From the NCBI GenBank assembly GCA_046754465.1, contig JBHHVU010000012.1:1850-65849 (forward strand): DNA of 64,000 nucleotides, in the 5' to 3' direction. How positions within the stretch are numbered: the stretch's first letter is position 1; every line of letters starts with the position of its first letter. This DNA comes from Nitrospinaceae bacterium (lineage in GTDB: Bacteria; Nitrospinota; Nitrospinia; Nitrospinales; VA-1). This document shows positions 18,977 to 30,100 of the stretch, piece after piece. The notes beneath the pieces were generated by a model. It saw only the letters and a list, made by a program, of their open reading frames with translations. It searched no databases and was not told where the DNA came from. The position numbers were made by a program, and so were the translations under genes.

Positions 18977-20512
18977 ATGCCCATTTCCAGACAGCGCACC
19001 AGTTTGGGCTTTCTTTGGGGCGCGGGCGTGGCCGCCTTTTCAGGGTCCTTTTTTCTTCTGATTTGGTTTCTGCCCGGGGCGATCCCCGCGGAACACACCA
19101 GTGGAGTCTGGGCGGCGCTGGCCCATGATTTTTCAAACGGAATTTTGTACAGGCCCCTTTTCGACGGCCAGGGGTATGGCGGAACACGTTACATGCCACT
19201 GTTTTTCGTCATTTACGGCGTTTTCATAACTCTTTTTAATGATCCCGTTTGGACAGGTTTTTTTTTATCGCTTTTTTCGGCTTTGCTTTTGGATGCCGGA
19301 TGCTTTTTTCTGCTCCGCGAATCCGGCCTCAAAGCCACCCTGGCCCTCCCCTTCACCCTTTTGGCTCACGCCTCCATAGCCTACCAACTGCTGACCCTGA
19401 CGGTTAAGGGGGATTTCCTGGCGGCGGCGTTGAATGTTTGGGGCATCTATTTCGCGCTCCGGCATTTGAGGAAGAGTTCCTGGTTTTATTTAACCTTGAG
19501 TTCATTCGCCTTTTTAGGGGCCTTCATGACCAAACTCACTACCGTGGGCGGATTCGCCGCGGTGGCGCTTTATTTTATTATCCGGAAAAGAAATCAATCC
19601 CTCCTTTTCCTGACCGCCGCCACGGGTTCCCTGGCCGCGATCCTGCTTCTGGTCATCGATCTTTACAGTCATGGGAACGCGATCGCATCCTTCCAAGCCT
19701 GTGCCCTGGGGGCGATTAATTTTGGTTACGCCATCCGGACGCCTCTCTGGTTCATCAGAATCATAGTTCAGGACCCGTTTTTCCTGATAATCTTCATTCT
19801 CACGATTTTTCTCTTTATAAAATCGGTTTCCTCGCATTGGCGCACGTTTCCTTATCTTTATTTTGGAATCACCCTGATTTCGACCCTGATTATTTTCTCC
19901 TCTCCGGGGACGGACCACAATCATCTCATCGATTTGCTTTTTTCTTGCATTTGGATTTTAGGCCTCCAATTTACCGGAGCCGAGGGGTTTTCGAGATTCT
20001 ATAATTTCACGTTCGGAATCCTGATCTCAGCGCTGGTGATATCCTGGCTTCCCGGCACACCCTCCATCAAAGACATCATGGGACCCTTGGGGAAACCCAC
20101 CCGGGAAACCTTCCAATACATTGCCCAGCGATTGGGTCCGAACGCGAAACACATGCTGAGTGAAAACCCGTTGCTCCCCATCATGTTGGGCCAACGGCCT
20201 ATCGTCATGGACCCTTTCAGCTTAAGGGTTTTGGCCCAAAAATTTCCCGCGATCCAAAAGGATTTCACCCGTAAAATAAAAAACCAATTTTTTGGGGCGG
20301 TGGTTCTATTGGATTATTCCGGAGCCCCTTTGGACCGACTCCAGGAAGCCATGCAAAAACACACCTCCCTGGGAGTCGATCGCTTTTACGGCGAAGTTCA
20401 TTTTCCCCCGGGATTCCTGGAGTTATTGAAATCGCATTATGTCCTGAGCTTCGTGAAAAGACCTTACGTGGTGTTTGAGCCCAGGAAAACCGGCGGCCCC
20501 AAGGGCTCCTGA
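18977..20512 (+). CDS. Putative GT-C fold membrane glycosyltransferase, paralog 2
   Basis: Shares SGVWAALAHDFSNGILYRPL, GYGGTRYMPLFF, KGDFLAAALN, SSPGTDHNHLIDL with paralog 1. Start set at ATG 18977 (track 18881). Confidence 0.62.
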   Translation: MPISRQRTSLGFLWGAGVAAFSGSFFLLIWFLPGAIPAEHTSGVWAALAHDFSNGILYRPLFDGQGYGGTRYMPLFFVIYGVFITLFNDPVWTGFFLSLFSALLLDAGCFFLLRESGLKATLALPFTLLAHASIAYQLLTLTVKGDFLAAALNVWGIYFALRHLRKSSWFYLTLSSFAFLGAFMTKLTTVGGFAAVALYFIIRKRNQSLLFLTAATGSLAAILLLVIDLYSHGNAIASFQACALGAINFGYAIRTPLWFIRIIVQDPFFLIIFILTIFLFIKSVSSHWRTFPYLYFGITLISTLIIFSSPGTDHNHLIDLLFSCIWILGLQFTGAEGFSRFYNFTFGILISALVISWLPGTPSIKDIMGPLGKPTRETFQYIAQRLGPNAKHMLSENPLLPIMLGQRPIVMDPFSLRVLAQKFPAIQKDFTRKIKNQFFGAVVLLDYSGAPLDRLQEAMQKHTSLGVDRFYGEVHFPPGFLELLKSHYVLSFVKRPYVVFEPRKTGGPKGS

Positions 20513-20556
20513 ACGGAAATATTTCCTTTAATAATAGACAGTTAGACGAGTTTTTT

Positions 20557-21486
20557 TTGAGTGACATTTGCCCGGATGATAGTATAATGGCTCGTCACAT
20601 CCCGGCGCAAAACCTGATTGCAAATCCTATCTCAAAAAGTAAAAGGATGCCGCAAATACCTCACCGGAAAATCGAACGTGCGGTGGTCATTCTTCCGACT
20701 TACAACGAAGCGGCCACACTGACGGGGTTGTTGAATGAATTGACCTCCCTCCCGCTTCCCCTCGACGTTTTGGTGGTTGATGATTCCTCCCCCGACGGAA
20801 CCGCGGACCTGGTCAAAAAACATCCCGCTTATGAAAAAAGAGTCTTCTTGCTGGAACGTCCCCGAAAATTGGGACTGGCCACGGCTTATAAGGAAGGATT
20901 CCAAAAGGGATTGACGCTGGGATATGATGTTTGCCTGGAAATGGACAGCGATCTGTCCCATGACCCTCAAGACATTCCACGGTTATTGGCCGCTATCGAA
21001 GAAGGCGCGGCCATGGCCGTCGGCTCCCGGTATTTACAGGGGATCAGCGTGATCAACTGGCCGCTCCGCCGCTTGATAGTCAGTATCGGGGCCGGTATAT
21101 ACACGAGGGCCATCTCCGGACTGCCCCTCACTGATCCTACCAGCGGATTCAAAGCCATCCGCCGCGAGGTGATCGATCGCCTCGACTGGGACCAAATCAA
21201 AAGCGATGGCTACGGTTTCCAAATCGAGGTGAACTATTTTGCCTTCCAGAAGGGATTCGCCATCAAGGAAATTCCAATCATATTCACGGAAAGAAGAAAC
21301 GGCCAATCTAAATTCTCTTTTTCAATTATTCTGGAAGCCGCTTTCAGAATGCTTCAACTCGGATTGATGAGATTTCTCCCCAGTTCGGGAACCATGAATT
21401 CCCACCCCCCGGTTCCAAAGGAAGCATTGACATACGGTCCCCCATATTCGAACCGGATATGTGAAAAGGAAAGGGAAGTCCATTAA
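20557..21486 (+). CDS. Polyprenol-phosphate-mannose synthase (GT2, Dpm1/Ppm1-like)
   Basis: ILPTYNE, VDDSSPDGT, MDSDLSHDP, AVGSRY, DPTSGFKA, GYGFQIE, IPIIFTERRNGQSK. Start may be downstream of 20557. Confidence 0.88.
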   Translation: MSDICPDDSIMARHIPAQNLIANPISKSKRMPQIPHRKIERAVVILPTYNEAATLTGLLNELTSLPLPLDVLVVDDSSPDGTADLVKKHPAYEKRVFLLERPRKLGLATAYKEGFQKGLTLGYDVCLEMDSDLSHDPQDIPRLLAAIEEGAAMAVGSRYLQGISVINWPLRRLIVSIGAGIYTRAISGLPLTDPTSGFKAIRREVIDRLDWDQIKSDGYGFQIEVNYFAFQKGFAIKEIPIIFTERRNGQSKFSFSIILEAAFRMLQLGLMRFLPSSGTMNSHPPVPKEALTYGPPYSNRICEKEREVH

Positions 21487-21765
21487 AAACGTCTTTCGCC
21501 GCGGAGGGGATGTCCCTAAAATTCTTTCCAGAAGGTTTCGGAGCCGGGCGAGGGTTTCCTTTTCCTTCATCCAGGGGTGCGTCACGGCCCTTTCCTTTTT
21601 TCTTCCCACCCGATTAACAACCATCATTGAAAAAGGGCCGCAGCCGGATTGGTGGATGTTGCCTGCCTTTTTTGGGATTAAAATCCCGGGCGCCGGAACC
21701 GGGCCACATGTATAAAAAGAGGATCCCCTCTATATGAATCCCTGAATTTTTGATAAAGAAGAACC

Positions 21766-23253
21766 ATGATGAGGTTTGGCCGGATTGGAAATGGGTTGAA
21801 ATCTCCAGGAATCGCCCTGGCGCTGGTCCTTCACGCCCTGTTTTTTTTATGGCTGTTCCAATTGCAGTATACCGGGGAAGAATGGGCCCGCGTGGAAGCC
21901 AGGGCCACGGATAAATCGACCGGTGCCTATGCCCGCGCCATATTGCAGGAACTGGGGCCCATGGGGCTGGTTACCTGGTTCTTTAGCACCCATGGTGAAA
22001 CGAAACTGTATTACCGGTACGCCCGGCTGACTCTTTATGGAGACGTGGATTATTGGATCAATGAAGAAACCCAGCTCATCGTGGCGTCCCGCCCCTGGCC
22101 TTACCGCGACGTGACGATCGAATATCCTCCAGGGGCCCTCCTCGCGATCACTCTCCCCGCTTTGATTTCGTCGGATTACGATGGCTACCGTTTTTGGCTG
22201 GGGACCTGGTTCGGACTGCTCTACATGCTGAACCTTTTTTTGGGACTGCAACTCGCCGCCGGGGGAAACCCTTCCCCTTCCCAGGTCAACCGAATGCTTT
22301 GGGGTTCCGTGATGTTTTTACTTTGTTTTGGAGGCATCGTGGTCAGCCGCTTCGACCATGTTGTACCCGCCTTTGTCCTTTTGGCCGCCTGGGCATTCGC
22401 GCGCGCCCTTGGTAAGGAAGGAAAATTGGCTTTAATCGGGTTCGGGGCATTCGGTCTGGCCGCGGCCCTGGGAGTATTGACCAAGATCGTTCCCGGCCTG
22501 GTGATCCCGGCGGCAATCCTTGTCCTCTGCCTCCGGGGAAGAAATTCCAATCGCCTTCAATCCATCGCGGCCTCCCTTGGAGGGTTGGCCACGGGACTCG
22601 TCCTGTTGAACGCCCTCTTTTTTTGGTTATTCGGTCCCGGTTACTTCAAAACTTTCACTTACCATATGCAAAGAGGAATTCAAATCGAATCGGTCTATTC
22701 CGGGATCCTTTTGCTAGTTCATCTAACTGGAGGGGGTTTGCTGGTGGACCATTCCTTCGGGTCCACCAATATCGTCTCTTCCTTCTTAACGTGGGAATTA
22801 AAAAGGCTCTCGCCCTGGATGTTTTTGGGGACCGCCCTTTGGATTTCCCGGCAGGTTTGGAAATGCCGGAATGCATCCCGGGAACCCGAGGATCAAAACG
22901 TTCCCCCGGCTTATTCCCTGATCCTGATCACCCTTATTTTTTTATTGGCCATTATCCTCACCAGCAAGGTATTTTCTCCCCAGTATCTGATCTGGCTGGG
23001 GCCCCTCATGGCGGTACTGGCCGCCGTCCGGAAAGACATGGTAAAAATCGGCGTTATATTCCTCCTGGCCACGGCCTTGACCCAGGTATTGTTTCCACAT
23101 CTATATGATTTTCTGGAAAATTTTCATCCAGCCATGGTAGCCGTTCTAAACCTGCGAAACGTCCTGCTCGTTCTGGTTTTGATTTTATTGGTCCGGGACC
23201 TGCCGGTCCTTTTAAGGAAGAATCAGGAGGATGAATCGTCTTCGGAGAGTTGA
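21766..23253 (+). CDS. GT87/DUF2029-like GT-C glycosyltransferase (PimE-like mannosyltransferase family)
   Basis: PYRDVTIEYPPGAL, SRFD, RGIQIES, KVFSPQYLIWL motifs; 11-12 TM segments. Confidence 0.8.
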   Translation: MMRFGRIGNGLKSPGIALALVLHALFFLWLFQLQYTGEEWARVEARATDKSTGAYARAILQELGPMGLVTWFFSTHGETKLYYRYARLTLYGDVDYWINEETQLIVASRPWPYRDVTIEYPPGALLAITLPALISSDYDGYRFWLGTWFGLLYMLNLFLGLQLAAGGNPSPSQVNRMLWGSVMFLLCFGGIVVSRFDHVVPAFVLLAAWAFARALGKEGKLALIGFGAFGLAAALGVLTKIVPGLVIPAAILVLCLRGRNSNRLQSIAASLGGLATGLVLLNALFFWLFGPGYFKTFTYHMQRGIQIESVYSGILLLVHLTGGGLLVDHSFGSTNIVSSFLTWELKRLSPWMFLGTALWISRQVWKCRNASREPEDQNVPPAYSLILITLIFLLAIILTSKVFSPQYLIWLGPLMAVLAAVRKDMVKIGVIFLLATALTQVLFPHLYDFLENFHPAMVAVLNLRNVLLVLVLILLVRDLPVLLRKNQEDESSSES

Positions 23254-24053
23254 TTTTTCACGTAAATTATCCTTTGGATAGCGGTGGCATTACTCATCAC
23301 CGCTATGATCAAAAGGACCAGGACCATCAAACCCGGCCCCATTACCGGAATGGCTCCCAGCAAGGACCCAATCACCAAAAGGGTGATCCGCTCAGGCCGT
23401 TGCATCCAACCCACTTTACAGGCGATACCGAGCCCTTCCGCCCGCGCCCGGGTGTAGCTGACCAGAAAGGAACCCGCAAGCGCAAAAATGATGAGAACGA
23501 CCGTCCAGGGACCATAAAAAATTCCCAATTCACCGAGTCCCTCCTCATATAAACCCTTCCCTCCCGAAAAATGCCAGGCCAGGCCCAAAAAGATAAACAG
23601 TTCGCCGAACCGGTCCAGAGTGCTGTCCAGGAAGGCTCCAAACCGGGAATTTTTTCCCGTTTCTTTGGCCACCTGTCCATCCAGCGCATCGCAGGTTCCG
23701 GCAAGAACCGTCAAGCAGCCGCCCCAGAAGAACGTTCCCAAGCCGAACACCACCCCTGCCAAGGCACTGAATATGAGACCCGCCACCGAAAGGGTATTGG
23801 GGTCCACCCGCGACCGGGCCAGGAATCTCCCCAGGGGTGCGATAAGGTTCAGATATCTTTGTTTGTTCGATTCACTTAATAAAACCAGTTGCGCCATCTG
23901 TGGGTTTATCTTTTCAAACGGAACCGAAATTTCAATCCCCGTGGCCTTTCCGGAATCCAGGCCGTTTCCGCGGGAATCCGGTCTCAAAGGTTTTGAGGGA
24001 GTTTGAGTAAAATGGTGGATACCGGAATGAAATTTCTTCAAGTGACTAAACAT
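23223..24053 (-). CDS. CDP-alcohol phosphotransferase, phosphatidylinositol-phosphate synthase (PgsA1/AIP synthase) type
   Basis: PNTLS, DALDGQVAKETGKNSRFGAFLDSTLDR, SYTRARAEGLG, GWMQRPER, TAIQR. The SY-RARAE and R-ER motifs are typical of inositol-phosphate-accepting members. Start may be downstream. Confidence 0.82.
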   Translation of the reverse strand: MFSHLKKFHSGIHHFTQTPSKPLRPDSRGNGLDSGKATGIEISVPFEKINPQMAQLVLLSESNKQRYLNLIAPLGRFLARSRVDPNTLSVAGLIFSALAGVVFGLGTFFWGGCLTVLAGTCDALDGQVAKETGKNSRFGAFLDSTLDRFGELFIFLGLAWHFSGGKGLYEEGLGELGIFYGPWTVVLIIFALAGSFLVSYTRARAEGLGIACKVGWMQRPERITLLVIGSLLGAIPVMGPGLMVLVLLIIAVMSNATAIQRIIYVKNQLSEDDSSS

Positions 24054-24189
24054 GGGCGGCCTTCCCCCATCACGGAATGAAAACCAAAACTTCCCGGTAT
24101 CCGGAAAAGGCCCTGGGATAACGATTTCTTTTTGCAGGCGGCACCGAAGGAATGAAAAAACCGGCCGGGGCTAATCTTTTTATACTTCC

Positions 24190-27100
24190 TTATACTTCCT
24201 CGGTCTGCCTTTCGCTGGCCACTTCCAACTTTCCGGTTCCTTTGCCGTTTCCTGAGGATTCCACGTTCTCTTCGGAATCTTCCTCAGCGGATTCATTCAG
24301 GGACATCTCCTCCAGCATCCAGGGGACCATCTGTTCGATGCTGGGGCCGCCAAGGAACCGGACCACTGGCAGAGTGATCTCCAGGTCTCTTTCGATCCGG
24401 ACGATGAGTTCCATGGCCATGAGGGAATCCATTCCCAATTCGGTGAGAGGTTGATCCCATTCTAACTTGGATGGGGGTAACCCCAAAACCCTGGCGATGC
24501 ACTTTTGCAGGTAATCCCCCAGAACCTGTGGACGATCCTCCAGTGGCTCGGCTAATAGCTTGGGACGGATCGGGTCCCCCACTTCCACTCCCAATTCATC
24601 ATCGGATTCCACATGAAACTCCTCTTCCCAAACCTGGGAAAACCTGGGCGGCATGTGTTGGGACGGAAACAACGGACCCAGTCTTCTCCAGTTGACGGGA
24701 AACACCGCCGCTTGCACCGGATTCCCCTGGATCAGCTTGCCGAGCATGTCCACGGCTTGCCGGGGGGTCAGGCTCATCATTCCCTGCCCTTCCAGCCTTT
24801 CATTCATTTTCTGGCGCGCGGCGATTCCCACTTCCAGCAAGGGAGCCCAATGGATGACCTGGCCCGGAAGGCCTTTCGCCCGGCGGTAATGGACCAGGGA
24901 TTCCAGGAAAGTATTCGCCGCAACATAATTGGCCTGGCCGGGATTTCCGATGATATTGGCGACGGAAGAAAACATAATGAAGAAATCCAACGAGCGCTTC
25001 AGGCTTTGCTGATGCAGGTTCCAGGCGCCATGAACTTTCGGGGCCATAACCCGGTGGAGCCGCTCCCGGCTGAGGTGGATCAAGAGACCATCGTCAAGGA
25101 CCATGGCGCCGTGCAGAATGCCTTTCAAGGGGGGCATCTTTGTATCGATGTGACGCAGGGCGCGGGTGGCATCCTCCTGCCGAGCCACGTCTCCCTGGAT
25201 CACCTGAACCTCGGCACCCAGCCCCCGCAGAATCGCCACGCCCGCTTTCGCGTCGTCCGAGGAAGCTCCTTTCCGGCCCATGAGCGCGAGGTGCCGCGCG
25301 CCCTGTTTGACCATCCATTTCGCGGCGGCCAATCCGAATCCACCCAGGCCCCCCGTGATGAGATAGGTGACGTTATCCTTGAAAGCTGCCGGCGGGGGGG
25401 TGTCCGGAATGATTTTCAAGGCGGGCTCTTCCATCGAGACAACGATTTTTCCAATATGCCTGGCCTGAGCCATGGTGCGGAAGGCACTCACGATATTGGA
25501 AATGGGGAAAACCCGGAACGGAAGGGAATGCAACTCCCCCTGGCGGACCCGCTCCATGATCTCCATGATGATGGAACGGAATTCCGGTCCAAAATCGCGG
25601 AAACCTTGTTTGAAATCCACCATCGTGATAAACGAGATACCCTTCAGAAACGGCCGCAAAGCCACCTTGTTATTTTGGTAAATGTCCCGCTTGCCGATTT
25701 CCAGGAACCGGCCAAGGGGTTTGAGGAGGCTCACGCTCTTGGTGACAAACGGTCCGGCGAGGGAATTCAATACGATGTCCACGCCTTCCCCATGAGTGAT
25801 TTCCAGGATTTCATCCGCGAAGGCCAGGGACCGGGAATCGAATACATGCTTCACCCCGAGGGCCCGCAGGAAATCTCTTTTTTGTTCACTGCCTGCAGTG
25901 GCGAACACTTCCGCCCCGGCCCTCATGGCTATTTCCACCGCCGCCAGGCCCACGCCTCCCGAAGCCGCGTGAATCAAAACCCGTTCGCCCTTACGGAGAT
26001 TTCCGGCCCGGTGCAGCATGTAATATGCGGTCAGGAAAGCAGCGGGAAGGGTTGCGGATTCCTCGAAACTCAAATTTTCGGGTTTGTGGACGGTCGATAA
26101 CGCAGGAACCAAAGCGTAAGCGCCAAAGCACCCACCGTTGGAAAGCGCGAGAACTTCGTCCCCCACCTGGAAATCATCGACCCCCTCACCCAGCGCGGTG
26201 ATGATGCCGGAACATTCCAGGCCCAATGTTTCCCAGAGGTGTTCTTTCCCATCCATCTCCTCGGGAAGCAGGCCCATGGCGATCATGACGTCACGGAAAT
26301 TGAGGGCCGCGGCGCGAACCTGAATCTCGACTTCGCCCGGACCCGGTTGGCGGCGGACGGTTTCCCGCAGCTTGAAATTTTCCAGGATTCCCGGCGCGGG
26401 AATCTCCAAAACAAAGGGAGGCATTCCGCTTGCCTTGTCCCGGGCCTCCCGTTTGACAATATTTTCCTTGGGACCCGGCCGGACCAGGCGGCGGACGAAT
26501 CGTTGATTCCCCCGCAGGGCAATCTCCACTTCCGCATCTTCCCGCCACAATTCATGGACAAGTCCCTCCACCCCATCCGGCGGATTCATGGGATCCAGGT
26601 CCACCATCTTGCATCGCAGGTTGGCATGTTCCCCCTGGATCACCTGACCGAGACCCCAAACGGGTGATTGCGCCACGGAAGACAGCGTATCCGCCGGGGA
26701 CACGTGTTGTCCGCCCCGGGTTACCAGGAAAAGGCGTGAAGCCCGCGGCCAATGGATTTGGGCCAGTTCCTGGACGAGGTAGACGATGTTGAGACAACCC
26801 TCCCGCTCGCCGGTTTCCAGATCGTTTAAGGAAAGTTCGGAAGTTTCCGGCATGTCCAGACTCCAAAGATGAACGATGCCGCGCAAGGGGGAAGATTCCT
26901 TCCGGACCGAATCGATCAAACACCCCATGTCTTCCGGACAGTCCGGACGAATGATTACCCGGTTGTCCCGCAATTTTTTAAACGTCTTGCCCTTTCCGAC
27001 CAGCACACAATTTTCACCGATGCGCTTGAGGGATTCCCCCAGTTTCTTGCCTTGTCCACTGTCATCTTCAAAAATCAGCCAGCTTCCCCGGGAATCGGGC

Positions 27101-30100
27101 CGGGGCAGGGGGTGGGTATCCAGGGCGGATTCCTTCTCCAACCTGGGACCCCGGGCAAACAGGAGTGTCTGAAGGCAATCTGCATGGCTGGTTTCGCCCA
27201 AACCGCTGATCGAAGTGAATCCCGCGTCCTTCAAGACCGTTCCCCATTCCTTGAAAGACAAGGCGCGGCGGCAGGTTTCCCCCGGTTCCACGGAACCCAG
27301 CCGCAGCGCTCCGGATATCAATTCCGTCCAACCGGCGGACCGGGTGGTTTCCAAAGGGACAAAAAGTCCCTCGGAGGACAACAGTTGGCGGATATTTCCA
27401 AGCGCCCGCGAGGTATTCCTGACCGAGGGAAAAAGGTTGGAACACAAAATCAGGTCAAAGGAATGCGCGTCCCATCCCTGGGACAGGGGATCGGCCTCAA
27501 TATCCAACTGCTGGTATTTCGCGAAGGGAAATTCCCTGAACTTCCGGGCCGCTTTTTCCAGGACCCGTTCCGACGAATCCGAAAACACGTATTCCGATAT
27601 TTCCGGATTCAACCGCTGCATAACATAGAAAGCGGATCCTCCTTTTCCGGCGCCCAACTCCAGGACCTTTAATTTTCTTCCTTCCGGAAGCCGGTCCATC
27701 GCCAGACCGATCAATTCCTGAATCAATGCGCGATAGACCCGGTAGTTGAACGCATCCTGGTAAAAATGTTCCCAGAGCGGATCGTCTTCCCGAAGAACCT
27801 CTAGAAAACTCCCCGCCCCATCATTAAGGAACCGGGCCAGATAATCCCCGGCATTGCGCAGCAAATTCAGTTCCGCCATGTAATCCGGAAACCGGCGGAT
27901 CAGTGATTGCCAGATTTCCCCCGGGTTTTCTCGCGGAGGAGTGGATTGGATTTCCCACCGGTCCCCTTCCCTGCTCAATATTCCCTGGTTCTCCAGGACA
28001 TGGAAGCCGAGCGCGAGACCGGAAGAGCGTTTGGGATTCAATCCCCATCGGTCGGCCAGGGCATCGATGGAAAACGAGGTTCCGGGTTCAAACCGGAACC
28101 CCAGCGACTCCAGGGCGCCTGCCACGCAGGCGGAGCACAGGCGTTCCAATTGAGGTTCCAGGGAATCGTAGTAAAGGTTCCGCCTGAACCTTTTGGCCCA
28201 AAGGGAGGCCCGGGGTTTCAGCGCATCGGTTAATTCACCGGGAGAGGGAAAAAATTCCGCGCCTCTGAAAGTCTTTTCTGATCCCGCGGGAACGGAGGGT
28301 TCCCAGTTCCATTCATACAACCAGTTTTCGGGATTGTCGGAATCGTTGGTCCGGGAATGATCGAGGGCCCGGCACCGAAACCCTTGGCAATCGATCCACA
28401 CCTTTCCGGAGCCGTCGAAAAAATTCAAATCCGCTTCGAAATGGTTATTGCTCAACTTCACGGCGCGGGCATGGACCCAAAGCGGATGCACCGGCGAACC
28501 GTGGAATGTGATTTTCCCCACCCCTACGGGGAGAAAAAGTTTGTTATCAAAAGTTTCTGATTGGGAACCCAGAAGCGCGCATAGCTGAAATCCCGCATCC
28601 AGCAGAGAAGGATGGATCCGGTACGGCCGGACATCAATCCCCAGGGCATCCGGGTTTTTTATCAGTCCCAACGCTTCTTTATCCCCCCTCCACGCCCGTT
28701 CAATTCCCCGGAAAGCAGGACCGTACTGCAATCCAATTTTCTGAAAGGCATCGTAGAGTCCCTCGGCGGAAGTTTCCTGGCCGCACCGTTTCCGAATCTC
28801 CTCCCGATCCACCGTTTCCGGGGTACCGGGGGAGCCCTGACGCTGGAGCGTTGCGGAGGCGTGCAGGGTCCAGGACTGATTCGTCCGGTCGGCAAGATTG
28901 TAAATGGTCAGGGAACCATCGGAAGGATCAAAGGCCGTCTGCATTTTTACTCCCCGGTTTCTGGGAAGAAACATCGCATTGTGGAATTCGACCGATTCCA
29001 GAACGCAGCCGGACTCGTTGGAAATTTTCAGGCCGGCGGCCAGGGCCATCTCCACAAAACCGGCGCCGGGAAACAAGTTCGCTTTTTTGACGACATGGTC
29101 CCCCAGATAAGTATATTCTCTTTTGTCCAATCGGGTCTGCCAGACGGGATGGGCGCCTTCAATTCCCCGGCCCAAGAAGGGGTGGACATTCTTTTCCATG
29201 GGGTCAATCCCTTTTTCCTCTCTGTCGTGCCAGAACCGCTCCTTTTGCCAGGGATAACTGGGGAGGGAAACGCAACGTCCCCCACGGGAATGAACCTGTT
29301 TCCAATCGACGGTCATTCCCCGGCAATAAAGAGCCGCCAGGGAACCTAAAAGGACCCTGCGGTCTTCCTCGTTCCGGTTCAGCGAGGCCAACACCACCCC
29401 ACTTCGGCTCTGGCGGGAAAAACATTCAGAAATCCCTGGTCCCAGAACCGGATGCGGCGCCAATTCCAGGAAGGTGTTGTACTCATCCAGAACCAGCTTT
29501 TCGGCGGCTTTATAGAACAAAACGGGTTTCCGAACATTTTCCCACCAGTACTCCTCGTCCATCCGCTCCCCCATTTCTATTTCACCCCTCACGGTGGAAT
29601 AGAAGGGGAGGACGGCGGGCCTGCCCCGCAAATTCCTCAAGGATTCCAGCAATTCCTTCCGTGCCGGTTCCATCTGGTGGCTATGGAAGGCGTATTCCAC
29701 ATTCAGGTACCGGCAAAATATTTCCCGGTGCAAGAGGGGACCGATCACTTTCTCCAGGGCAACGGAATCGCCGGACAGGGTGACCGATTTGGGTCCATTG
29801 ACGGCGGCGATGGAGACATCCTCCCAATATCCCTTCAGAGCCTCCGTCGCCTCCGCGGCGGAAAGCCCCACCACGACCATCTTTCCCTTTCTGTACATGG
29901 GATGCAACAGCCTGCCGCGATGGTAGATGATCTGCACTGCGTCTTCCAGGCGGTAAATTCCAGCCACATAGGCGGCCGCCGCTTCCCCCATGCTATGGCC
30001 AATAACCGCTTGCGGAATGACTCCCCAGGACCGCCATAATTCCGCCAAACCCACCTGCAGCGAAAAAATCGCCGCCTGGGTGATGTGGGTTTCGTTGATC

